Source: an uncultured Methanosarcinales archaeon
Lineage (GTDB): Archaea > Nanobdellota > Nanobdellia > Woesearchaeales > GW2011-AR9
Length of the DNA stretch: 64,000 nt
Direction of reading: 5' to 3'
Assembly: GCA_964343575.1 (NCBI GenBank)
Contig: CAYFJV010000001.1
Coordinates: 91,402-155,401 of the forward strand
Positions 35,329 to 43,162 of this stretch are shown here, piece after piece. The number at the start of each line of letters is the position of its first letter. Position 1 is the stretch's first letter. The position numbers and the translations under genes are program-made. The notes below the pieces were generated by a model. The model made no database searches. It saw only the letters and a program-made list of their open reading frames with translations, and was not told the origin of the DNA.

Positions 35329-35483
35329 CTGTCCTAAGAAATATTTTGGGCGCTGGCGAAGCGGGGCCAAGAGCACTCTTGTCCGCAACTCCCTTCTGCT
35401 AAAGCAGAAGTGCTCCCAAGAGCATCGCTCCTTTGTCTCTGATTTTCCCAGCACGGACGCCGGCGCACCCCCTCTTAGGACAG
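35329..35483 (-). ncRNA. candidate structured non-coding RNA (family not identified; strand tentative)
   Basis: A visibly G+C-enriched island in an AT-rich 318-nt intergenic region. Closing helix of 11 bp: CTGTCCTAAGA (35329-39) with TCTTAGGACAG (35473-83). Nested helices 35348-53/35465-70 and 35355-58/35458-61. Hairpins CTTCTGC-TAAA-GCAGAAG (35393-35410) and TGCTC-CCAA-GAGCA (35411-24). Several positions are G-U on the minus strand but C-A on the plus strand. Confidence 0.45.
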
Positions 35484-35594
35484 AGTCTTTCTTAGTTCTT
35501 GAACAATTAAACAAAAGTTAAATAAAGGATATGAACTGATAGAGAGAGGTGCGCTGCATCTGCTTGTAGTGCTCTATTCATGGGGGTGTCTTTT

Positions 35595-35921
35595 ATGGTT
35601 AAGCAGTTGAGTAATGAAGATTTTCATAAATTAGTTCATTTGGATAAGAAAACCGTTCTGGTAGATTTTTGGGCAAGTTGGTGTGGTCCTTGTAAGGCTT
35701 TGGCTCCAGTTTTGGAAGAAGTAAGCAAAGATGATGCTTTTAAGGGTAAATTAGAATTTGCAAAGATTTCTACTGAAGAATTTCCACAAGTGGCTCAGGA
35801 TAATGCAATTACTGGAATTCCTTGCCTTGTTTTGTTCAAAGATGGCAAAGAAGTTGATAGGATTGTGGGTTTTATGCCGGCACCTGCTTTGAAGGCAAAG
35901 ATCTTAGGTATTTTAGGATAA
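35595..35921 (+). CDS. trxA: thioredoxin
   Basis: VLVDFWASWCGPCKALAPVLEE carries the canonical WCGPC active site. About 108 aa from ATG 35595, which has GGGGGTG 5-6 nt upstream. ATG 35580 is an alternative start. Confidence 0.9.
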   Translation: MVKQLSNEDFHKLVHLDKKTVLVDFWASWCGPCKALAPVLEEVSKDDAFKGKLEFAKISTEEFPQVAQDNAITGIPCLVLFKDGKEVDRIVGFMPAPALKAKILGILG

Positions 35922-36021
35922 ATTTCTTTTGATTCTCTTTTCTCTTCTTTTTCTCTTCTCTCGGAGATTTTTTGTTTTTTCTTCCTAAAGCTATTTTTAA
36001 GCTCTCCTTTCTTACTTTCTC

Positions 36022-36336
36022 ATGAAAGAGAGATATTCTTTTGGTTTGCTTGCTCTTTTGAGTTTGGGAGCTCTGTCTTGTAGACAAGTTGATTGCTCTT
36101 ATGATTTTTTGAAAGTTTATGATGCAGAGCTTTACGCTTGTCAGGAAGTTCCTGAACGCTTTGGGGTGAGCAAGTGGTTTTATAGGCAAGCGGATCAGTA
36201 CGAAGGAGGAACTTTTTGTGGTTTTGAAGAGGAAAAAGATTATTGTTGTTTTTCTTTAGAGCAAAATCTTGTTTGTGAGAACCCTCTTGAAATGTCTGGC
36301 TATGGGTTTTCTTCTTTGGAAGATACAAATCATTAA
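36022..36336 (+). CDS. small Cys-rich lipoprotein-like secreted protein
   Basis: 104 aa. Lipobox-like FGLLALLSLGALSC and 8 Cys in the mature part. It lies immediately downstream of trxA. Confidence 0.45.
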   Translation: MKERYSFGLLALLSLGALSCRQVDCSYDFLKVYDAELYACQEVPERFGVSKWFYRQADQYEGGTFCGFEEEKDYCCFSLEQNLVCENPLEMSGYGFSSLEDTNH

Positions 36337-36361
36337 AAACAGTTTTTTTCTTTATTTTTTC

Positions 36362-37378
36362 ATGTTTGAGGAAGTGAGAAAGGCTTTGCAGGAGCTAGTG
36401 GGTAGTTATAGTTCTTCTGAGGATATTCTCTTGTTTAAGAATAAAGAGCTTCCTTTATCTGAGGGGTGTTTTTCTGAGATTGTTCCTTTGTCTGGGCTTG
36501 AGGTTAGTGCTGAATCTAGTGGATCTAAAAATGTTGCTTATGTTGATGGTGGCCAAGCTGAGATTATAAGTGTTGGAAACTTTTGTTTGAGTTTTATTCG
36601 AGTGGCAGGAGTTGTTTTCTCTGGAAAAAAGCGTGGGAGGCAGGTTGTGAGGGAGTTTTATGTGCTTAGTTTTGCGCAGAGGAGGGAGAGTCTTTTAGGT
36701 GTTGATTTTGGGAGCGATCTAGATTATGTTTCAAAGCTTTTTCCTGTTAAAGGAGAACTTCTTATCTCTGAGGAGGATCTTACCCTCTCTTCAATGGATG
36801 CAAGCATTCGAACGGGCAGTGAGCGAGCTCCAATTGTAAAGGTTGCAAATGTGGCAAGACGTTTTGCTGAGTTGCAGCTTGCAAAAGAGTTAGCTGCTTG
36901 CGATGATGTTGATTTTGTTTTGCTTGATGGAATGCTTGATGCTAGTTTCAGGGGAGAAGAAAAGTTGCTTTCTGAGCTTGAGCTTTTAGGAAATGTTTGT
37001 GCTCTTGCAAAAAGCAGTTCTCTGTTCACTGCAAATGGGAATAGTCCTGTTGTTTTGCTCTCTTCTCTGGGACCTTCTGGATGTTGGAACTATTTTGTTG
37101 ATGGCAAAACTTCTTTTGTGAAGTTGCATACTTGTGCTCGTCATGTTTTTCGTTTTGAAGGCAATAGGATTATTTTGCCTTTTTTGCTTGAGAACGCTTG
37201 TGATCCTATCTTTTTGGGTTATCCTTACGGACTTATTTTTGCTGATAGGATTGCTCGGGTGAGTAATGCTGAGAAAGATCGCATGAAGATGCAGTTGTTG
37301 TTGAACAAAGAGAATGCTGAGTTGGTGAAGTATTTGCAAAGCAGTGATGCGCATAGTATCTTGGATAGGATATCTTGA
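36362..37378 (+). CDS. NurA-like nuclease domain protein (tentative)
   Basis: VAYVDGGQAEI and DFVLLDGMLDASF resemble the two acidic D-G motifs of NurA 5'-3' nucleases, and LAKSSSLF resembles the K-x-S motif. ATG 36362 is preferred because the longer track ORF overlaps the upstream gene. Confidence 0.35.
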   Translation: MFEEVRKALQELVGSYSSSEDILLFKNKELPLSEGCFSEIVPLSGLEVSAESSGSKNVAYVDGGQAEIISVGNFCLSFIRVAGVVFSGKKRGRQVVREFYVLSFAQRRESLLGVDFGSDLDYVSKLFPVKGELLISEEDLTLSSMDASIRTGSERAPIVKVANVARRFAELQLAKELAACDDVDFVLLDGMLDASFRGEEKLLSELELLGNVCALAKSSSLFTANGNSPVVLLSSLGPSGCWNYFVDGKTSFVKLHTCARHVFRFEGNRIILPFLLENACDPIFLGYPYGLIFADRIARVSNAEKDRMKMQLLLNKENAELVKYLQSSDAHSILDRIS

Positions 37379-37383
37379 ATAAT

Positions 37384-38436
37384 CTATTCTTTTCTTCTCT
37401 TTTTCCTCTCTTCTTTTAACCTGCTCACTTCAGCATATCTCCTGAATCCAGTTGCTTGTAGCTCAGAGATTGTTTGATCTACTCTTTCTCTTGTCTCTGT
37501 AGGATCCATTTCTGCTGTGATTCCAAAAAGAACCCTTCTGAGTTCTTCTGCTGATTGCCAATCTCTTGGACCACGTTCTCTTTTTTCTCCTAGATACCAT
37601 GAGCGATATACTCTAAGTGTGTGTTCTTGAACTGGGTTGAGTTTTCCTAGGCCTTCACAGCGTTCTTCTATATCTAAAAAGAAATAAGGATCTGTACACT
37701 CTGCAAGAATAAGTCTCTCCCAAGGATCTTCTGTGCTGTGCCTTGCACCACCCATTGCACTAACAAACGCAATGTTGTGCAGCACTTCTCCTTTGCCCCA
37801 AACACTTGGTAGAAAGCCATGTCCAAAGTCATGAAGAAAACTTCTTGCCAAATATGCTGTTGCTGTTCTTTCTGAAACCCCCAGTAACTCTGGGAAATTG
37901 ATGATTCCATAACCGATGATACTTGGTTTTTCTCTCCAGGTTTTTCCATTTCTATCTCTTTTGTAACCTGGTCTTCTACTTGTGAAATTCATCATTGGCC
38001 TTAGCCTTCTGTTTCTTGCTCTCCATGTTCCAGTTAAATGACCGTGGAAATCTGAGTCTGTGATTAAGTAAGAGAGATCCGGTATCCTTCCCTTATTGAG
38101 AACCCGATAGACTTTTCTTTCTCTGCAAAGTCTCTCATGTTCTGCTTGGAGTTCTTCTGAGCTTACTCTTTGTAAGAACATTAATTGTGCTCCTTTATAC
38201 CTCCCTAACCCTTCTACTTCTTCTGTTTCTGCAATTCCCTCTAGAAATCGTTCTCCGCTCTTGAGATAGGCTACTAAATCATCGCAATCAATCCAGGAAG
38301 CGTCAAGAAGCCTTTTTCCTCTTTCTGGATCTCTTATGAGTCCTCTCAAAGTAATCGTTCTTTCTGGGTCAAGAGAATAGAGAAAGCCACGATATTGCCT
38401 CTCTAGGCTTTGCTGAACTTGCATTAACTGTTGCAT
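37384..38436 (-). CDS. hypothetical protein with HDxxH motif
   Basis: 350 aa. SFLHDFGHGFLPS is a zincin-like H-[ED]-x-x-H variant. The C-terminus is basic (KEERKKRRKE). Family not recognised. Confidence 0.45.
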   Translation of the reverse strand: MQQLMQVQQSLERQYRGFLYSLDPERTITLRGLIRDPERGKRLLDASWIDCDDLVAYLKSGERFLEGIAETEEVEGLGRYKGAQLMFLQRVSSEELQAEHERLCRERKVYRVLNKGRIPDLSYLITDSDFHGHLTGTWRARNRRLRPMMNFTSRRPGYKRDRNGKTWREKPSIIGYGIINFPELLGVSERTATAYLARSFLHDFGHGFLPSVWGKGEVLHNIAFVSAMGGARHSTEDPWERLILAECTDPYFFLDIEERCEGLGKLNPVQEHTLRVYRSWYLGEKRERGPRDWQSAEELRRVLFGITAEMDPTETRERVDQTISELQATGFRRYAEVSRLKEERKKRRKE

Positions 38437-38499
38437 GGTCTTTCAAAACAAAGCGTTTTTAAAAAAATTGAGAAGAATTTGTGCCTGGACTTTCTTTTT

Positions 38500-39723
38500 T
38501 CACATCAACACTCGCTCAACCAACTCTTCATTAGTTAAGGCTTTTCTTGCTAAGATCATTTGCTCGCCATCAATAATTACTTCGGTAGGCATTGGTCGAA
38601 GATTATAATTTCCCCCCATGGAATAACAATATGCTCCCGCATCGTCAATGCTTAGAAGGTCGCCTTCTCGGATGAGAGTCATCTCACGTTCAGTTGCAAA
38701 GTAGTCTCCTGTCTCACAAATGTTTCCTGCGATATCGTAGATAAGGGTGATGTCTTTTGGATTAGTAAGGTTTCTTATTCGGTGATATGCATCATAAAAC
38801 ATAGGTCTGATGAGCTGTGGGAAGCCAGAGTTTGTTCCAACAATATTCTTCCCTGTGTTTTCTTTTAGTACAGTTACTTGAATAAGCAAATGACCTGATT
38901 CTGCAACAAGATAACGACCTGGCTCAAAATACATCTCAAGTTCTTTGCCAAATTCTTGACAGAACTCTTTGAATAGTTTCACCACGGTCTTTCCAAACTC
39001 TTGGTAGATTAATTCTAATCTCTCTTCTTCCTTCTCTTTATAATCTATCTTAAAACCTCCACCAAAATCCACAAAACGAAGAGATCCAAAGTCTTCTTTT
39101 TTCACTACTGCTAAAATATTCTTTAAACCAGCGATCATATCTACTGTTTCAGGAATACCGCTTCCTACATGTTCATGAATTCCTACGATTTTAAGATCAT
39201 ATTTTTTTGCAATTTTTTTTACTTCTCCAATCTTATTGAGTGTAATCCCAAATTTGGTGTCTTTCCCTCCTGTTCGAACCTTCTCATGATGGCCCGCTAC
39301 AACGTCAGGATTAAGCCTTATGCATACTTCACTAGAAGGGTTGAGTTTTCCATATCTTTCTAATTCACTCAAAGATCCAATATTGAACAGAACTCCAAGA
39401 TCGATTACTTTTTGCATTTCTGCATCAGTAATCATATTTGCAGTGAATATGATATCTTCTTTTGAGAATCCAACTTTTAGGGCAAGAAGCACATCTCCTG
39501 GAGAAACAGTATCAATACTTGCGCCTTCTTCAAGCAAAATCTTTAGAAGTTTCGGGTTGTAGTTTGCTTTCATAGCATAGAAAAATCTTTTCTTCTTGTA
39601 AGGAAAACAGTTGAGAAGTCTATGGTAACGGTCTCTGACCATCTCTGCATTGTAGACGTAGAGAGGTGTGCCAAACTTTTGTGCTGCAGCAATGAGTTGT
39701 TGATTAGAGAGAGGAGTTGCCAT
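38500..39723 (-). CDS. lysA: diaminopimelate decarboxylase (PLP-dependent, fold type III)
   Basis: GTPLYVYN, FYAMKANYNP (PLP-binding Lys), HVGSGI, DFGGGF, EPGRYLVAESG and CETGD. An ornithine/arginine decarboxylase of the same fold cannot be excluded. Confidence 0.8.
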   Translation of the reverse strand: MATPLSNQQLIAAAQKFGTPLYVYNAEMVRDRYHRLLNCFPYKKKRFFYAMKANYNPKLLKILLEEGASIDTVSPGDVLLALKVGFSKEDIIFTANMITDAEMQKVIDLGVLFNIGSLSELERYGKLNPSSEVCIRLNPDVVAGHHEKVRTGGKDTKFGITLNKIGEVKKIAKKYDLKIVGIHEHVGSGIPETVDMIAGLKNILAVVKKEDFGSLRFVDFGGGFKIDYKEKEEERLELIYQEFGKTVVKLFKEFCQEFGKELEMYFEPGRYLVAESGHLLIQVTVLKENTGKNIVGTNSGFPQLIRPMFYDAYHRIRNLTNPKDITLIYDIAGNICETGDYFATEREMTLIREGDLLSIDDAGAYCYSMGGNYNLRPMPTEVIIDGEQMILARKALTNEELVERVLM

Positions 39724-39743
39724 TTTTTCTGATTCTCTTTTTC

Positions 39744-40589
39744 TTATGCAGAGATCCTTTCCTCTATTCCTCTCTGGTTTGCATAAAGCTCAACTTCTTC
39801 TTGTGTTGGCGTTATGATGGTTCCTGGGCGCTCTGCTCCAAAGCGCATGATTTCAATGTTTCCTTCGTAAGGCGCTCTAAGCACACGCTCATCAAGAACT
39901 TTAAGTGAACCCATTGCGGCAAGTTCTGTTCTACTTATTTTTTCTATAAGTCTTTGATCTGAGGTTCCAAATCTGGCGAAGATCCCATCAACATCTTTGT
40001 AGAAACGTAATACTTCAGCATCAAAACCATAAGCAGCCATTGCTGCTACTACATCAGAAGCATTTCTTCCAAGTAAACAAACATCTCCACTAACACTTCT
40101 TCCTCCATAGCCAGCAAGCACAGTAACGCCTGGAGAGAGTGGATAAGTTCTTGCTGCTGCCCAGGTTGAATTAATAAGTGCTTTTCCTCTCAATGGATTT
40201 ACATTGGCAATTACTGGAAAGTTTTCATCTGTTTGTACTCTGCCTTCAAATTGAATCAGGCCCCCTCTTGCATTTCCTGCATCCACAAGCATTTCAACTG
40301 ATTCTTCTTCTCCTCGTACAAGAAGTCTTGCAACCTCATAATTGTTGAAAGGATCTGCTGGGTCAATGCTGCCTTTGAGCATATCGTTGAGCCTTTCATG
40401 ATCGCTGCTAGCTACTTCTCTGATTAACTCGTTTGATCTTCCTTTTCTTGCTGAAACAACTGCAACGACGTGCTGGTAAGACATAGCCAATTCGCAGAGC
40501 TGGGCTGCGACTGCATGATAAGCAGCTTCATCGGTAAACACTGATCCGCCGAACTTTGTTACAATAACTGAATTTGATGTATTTCTCAT
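39744..40589 (-). CDS. aspartokinase-like amino-acid kinase domain protein (no ACT domains)
   Basis: 281 aa. VIVTKFGGSVFTDEAAYHAVAAQL...VVAVVSARKGRSNELI is the amino-acid-kinase N-terminal signature. The length covers only the catalytic domain. Confidence 0.6.
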   Translation of the reverse strand: MRNTSNSVIVTKFGGSVFTDEAAYHAVAAQLCELAMSYQHVVAVVSARKGRSNELIREVASSDHERLNDMLKGSIDPADPFNNYEVARLLVRGEEESVEMLVDAGNARGGLIQFEGRVQTDENFPVIANVNPLRGKALINSTWAAARTYPLSPGVTVLAGYGGRSVSGDVCLLGRNASDVVAAMAAYGFDAEVLRFYKDVDGIFARFGTSDQRLIEKISRTELAAMGSLKVLDERVLRAPYEGNIEIMRFGAERPGTIITPTQEEVELYANQRGIEERISA

Positions 40590-40689
40590 AAGTTTACCCT
40601 CACCCTCTTGTCCCCTTTAAATATCTACTTGCGTTTTTTCACCAATTGTTCTTGAGCAGAAGGGCAGTGGCCAGAAAGAATATTAACTT

Positions 40690-40709
40690 AATGTTATTAT
40701 AATAACATT
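40690..40709. promoter_or_regulatory. perfect 20-bp palindrome AATGTTATTATAATAACATT overlapping a TATA-like core
   Basis: Self-complementarity was checked base by base. It ends 28 nt upstream of ATG 40738 and lies about 100 nt upstream of the divergent aspartokinase-like gene. Candidate operator plus TATA. Confidence 0.5.
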
Positions 40710-40737
40710 TAAATAAAAAATTGTTTTCTCTTTGGAG

Positions 40738-41400
40738 ATGAGCTCTATTGCCAGGATATGTGAACAACTTTTAGAAAGAAAACCTTTCTTGCAAGAAGCG
40801 CTTTCTCGTGGTCTTTTGAACTATGGTGCGCTTGCTGAAGAGTTGCTCCCTGAGATTGAACAGGCTTATGGAAAGAAAGTAAAATTTCCTGCTATAGTTA
40901 TGGCGCTTCGTCGTTTGCGAGAGAAGATTGAGACTATGCCTGTCTCTCGTGTTGTTTTTGATACTAATTGCAATTTGCGTGTTACTTCTGATTTGTTTGA
41001 ACTTAGTTTTGTTCGCCATCCAGATTCTTTTAAGTTGGCAAATAAGTTTTACAACATTGTTGATCCTCGAGTAGGTGATTTTTTTACAGTAACAACAGGT
41101 AGTTATGAAGTTACTTTGATTAGTAATAAGAGGTACAAGAAGAAGTTTCTGGCTCTCCTGAATAAGAAAGATATCTTGAGTATCAATGATAACCTTGCTG
41201 CATTGAGTTTAAAACTGCCTCTTGATGCGAGGAATACCCCTGGAATTTTTTATCTAGTAAGTCGAGCTCTTGTTTGGGAAGGGATTTCTATTGTTGAAGT
41301 GGTATCAACTTACACAGAAGATACTCTTATCTTGAGAGACAAAGATGTTTCTCGCTCTTATGATTTGCTTAATCGTATGCTTAAAAATCATCAGAAATAG
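40738..41400 (+). CDS. ACT-domain protein (possible regulatory partner), helical/HTH-like N-terminal region
   Basis: The C-terminal LSLKLPLDARNTPGIFYLVSRALVWEGISIVEVVSTYTEDTLILRDKDVSRSYDLLNRML looks like an ACT fold (G-I...L...G-I-x-I...S-T). Confidence 0.45.
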   Translation: MSSIARICEQLLERKPFLQEALSRGLLNYGALAEELLPEIEQAYGKKVKFPAIVMALRRLREKIETMPVSRVVFDTNCNLRVTSDLFELSFVRHPDSFKLANKFYNIVDPRVGDFFTVTTGSYEVTLISNKRYKKKFLALLNKKDILSINDNLAALSLKLPLDARNTPGIFYLVSRALVWEGISIVEVVSTYTEDTLILRDKDVSRSYDLLNRMLKNHQK

Positions 41401-41436
41401 AATGGGCGGGTGATGGATAGATAAGTGAGTTATCCT

Positions 41437-42531
41437 TTATTCTTCTTCACTTGCTTTTTCTTGTGCTTCACCAAAGACCTTTTCGAACTCTTCTTCAAAA
41501 AGCTCAGCAATTGCTTTGTTCTTTATGATTAAGACATTCTCATCATTACGCTCATCACCGCTAGCTGTTGGATTCATTGAACCTGTGATCACCGTCTCAC
41601 CATCAATGATAAAGACCTTGTGATGCATGGTTTTGCTATTTGCATCTTTGTAGATTTCAATTCCTTGGAATTGGAAGACTTCGTAAGGGCTGTACTGTGT
41701 TGCGCTTCGAGCTTCAAGCACTCCTTTTACGTCTTTGCCTTCGTCGTGTTTGATAAGAAGCACATTCTCAATACTGTCATGAGTAAAACTAAAGGTCATG
41801 AAGTGAATGCTTTGCTCAGCAGTTTCAAGAGTTGTTTTTACTTCTTCAGCACAATCGTCTTCTGGACAAAAGTAATTTCTGATATCAACTTCTCCAAACT
41901 CTTCAGTTTGCAACTTTAATTTTTCGTTGAGCACGGGCTCTCCATCTTTGAAGTCTTCTGCCCAAAGTTCTTGGAATTCAGCTTCATAATTTGCAGCTAG
42001 AAGGGGTGATTCAATGAAGAAAATGTTATTGTTGTTATGGTAAAACCCGTTATCCGTTGGATTCATCGAACCTGTGAAGACTTTTGTCTCATCTACAACA
42101 CAGAACTTGTTGTGCATGAAGCCATAACTATCATAAATAACAAAATCATGATCAAAGTCTTCTTGATAGGTATCATCAACTACAAGTTTAAAGTCAATTT
42201 CTGGGTTACTTTCTAAATCTAGGAGGAGCTCTCCAATGAGGATGTTATCAACTTCATAGAGGGCGCAGTGTACGCTCTCTTCTGCACTTCCTAAGAATTC
42301 AAGAAGTTTAATGTCACAATCATCTTGGGGACAAAAGTAGAGTTCAAGAGGGCCTGCCATCTCGCTGACATAAGAAACTTCTTTGTTATCTTCGTTTTCT
42401 ACTAAAAGTTTTTCTGAGAGTGTATCTACTAACTTTTCACTTGGTAGGGAAAGGTATCCTAAACCGATAAGGGAAGCGATAAGAACAGTAATAGTGCAAA
42501 CACCTAGCAACACCTTCTTCATTATTTGCAA
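41437..42531 (-). CDS. membrane-anchored/secreted phospholipase D-superfamily protein (two HKD motifs)
   Basis: 364 aa. N-terminal anchor VLLGVCTITVLIASLIGLGYL and two H-x-K-x4-D motifs, MHNKFCVVDETKVFTGSMNPT and MHHKVFIIDGETVITGSMNPT. Confidence 0.8.
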   Translation of the reverse strand: MQIMKKVLLGVCTITVLIASLIGLGYLSLPSEKLVDTLSEKLLVENEDNKEVSYVSEMAGPLELYFCPQDDCDIKLLEFLGSAEESVHCALYEVDNILIGELLLDLESNPEIDFKLVVDDTYQEDFDHDFVIYDSYGFMHNKFCVVDETKVFTGSMNPTDNGFYHNNNNIFFIESPLLAANYEAEFQELWAEDFKDGEPVLNEKLKLQTEEFGEVDIRNYFCPEDDCAEEVKTTLETAEQSIHFMTFSFTHDSIENVLLIKHDEGKDVKGVLEARSATQYSPYEVFQFQGIEIYKDANSKTMHHKVFIIDGETVITGSMNPTASGDERNDENVLIIKNKAIAELFEEEFEKVFGEAQEKASEEE

Positions 42532-42559
42532 GAAAAAGAATTCCTTAATTAATCTTTTG

Positions 42560-43162
42560 TTAGCTTTTTGGCAAGAACTCTGGATATTCTTGCAGATTTT
42601 CTACAGTATCGATATCTGTTTTTTCATCAAGCAGTGAGAAGTTTAAGTTTTCTTTTTTGATAAGTTTAATTGTTTGAGAGAGCACTTGTTCATGACTCCA
42701 ACTTTTTAGTGAGAAAATGTTTTGTGGCTTTTTGAGTGCAACAAGATAGTATCCTCCATCTTTTGCTGGGCCAATGACCACATCTACTTGCTCTAACTTT
42801 TTTAGAGCTTTGTTTATGCTTTCTTCTTTGAGTGGAAGATCTGAACCAATGAGTACTGCTTTAGCATATTCTTGTAGGCTATGGTTGAAGGCATTGTTTA
42901 TTTTTTCTCCAAGATCTTCTCCTTGCTGTACTTGTACCTGTTGTGTTTGGAGTCCTCTTTCTAAAAAATAGTCCTCCCTTCCCTTAATAAAGAAGAGAAG
43001 ATCGTAGTTTTTCTCTTTATGCTCTTCAACTAGGAAATCGATGAGCTTTTGGTAAACCTTTCTTGCTTTCTGCTCCCCAATACTAATAGCAAGTCTGGTC
43101 TTTACTTTTTCGTGTAAGGGATTTTTTGCAAAAATGATGAGCAGAGTTTTTTCTTTTTTCAT
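42560..43162 (-). CDS. DUF2064-family (TIGR04282-like) nucleotidyltransferase-fold protein
   Basis: 200 aa. LLIIFAKNPLHEKVKTRLA at the N-terminus, then IGSDLP and VIGPAKDGGYYLV. It overlaps the upstream GT2 gene by 4 nt, which is the usual pairing. Confidence 0.55.
   Translation of the reverse strand: MKKEKTLLIIFAKNPLHEKVKTRLAISIGEQKARKVYQKLIDFLVEEHKEKNYDLLFFIKGREDYFLERGLQTQQVQVQQGEDLGEKINNAFNHSLQEYAKAVLIGSDLPLKEESINKALKKLEQVDVVIGPAKDGGYYLVALKKPQNIFSLKSWSHEQVLSQTIKLIKKENLNFSLLDEKTDIDTVENLQEYPEFLPKS

Noticed and set aside
35329-35483. Identifying the GC-rich element as SRP RNA or RNase P RNA
   Set aside because: At 155 nt it is roughly half the usual archaeal size for either RNA. I could not find the RNase P P4 word (GGAAAGUCC) or the SRP helix-8 GGAA tetraloop/AGCA context on either strand. 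It is kept as an unclassified RNA candidate only.
35317-35514. 65-aa minus-strand ORF in the trxA upstream spacer
   Set aside because: It coincides with the GC-rich helical element. Its codons run straight through paired stems, and it has no SD or TATA at the proper distance. A structured RNA explains the region better.
36022-37378. Overlap of ORFs 36022-36336 and 36269-37378 as a possible frameshifted or pseudogenised single gene
   Set aside because: The two products are unrelated in character (a Cys-rich lipoprotein and a NurA-like cytosolic protein). The overlap disappears if the second gene starts at ATG 36362.
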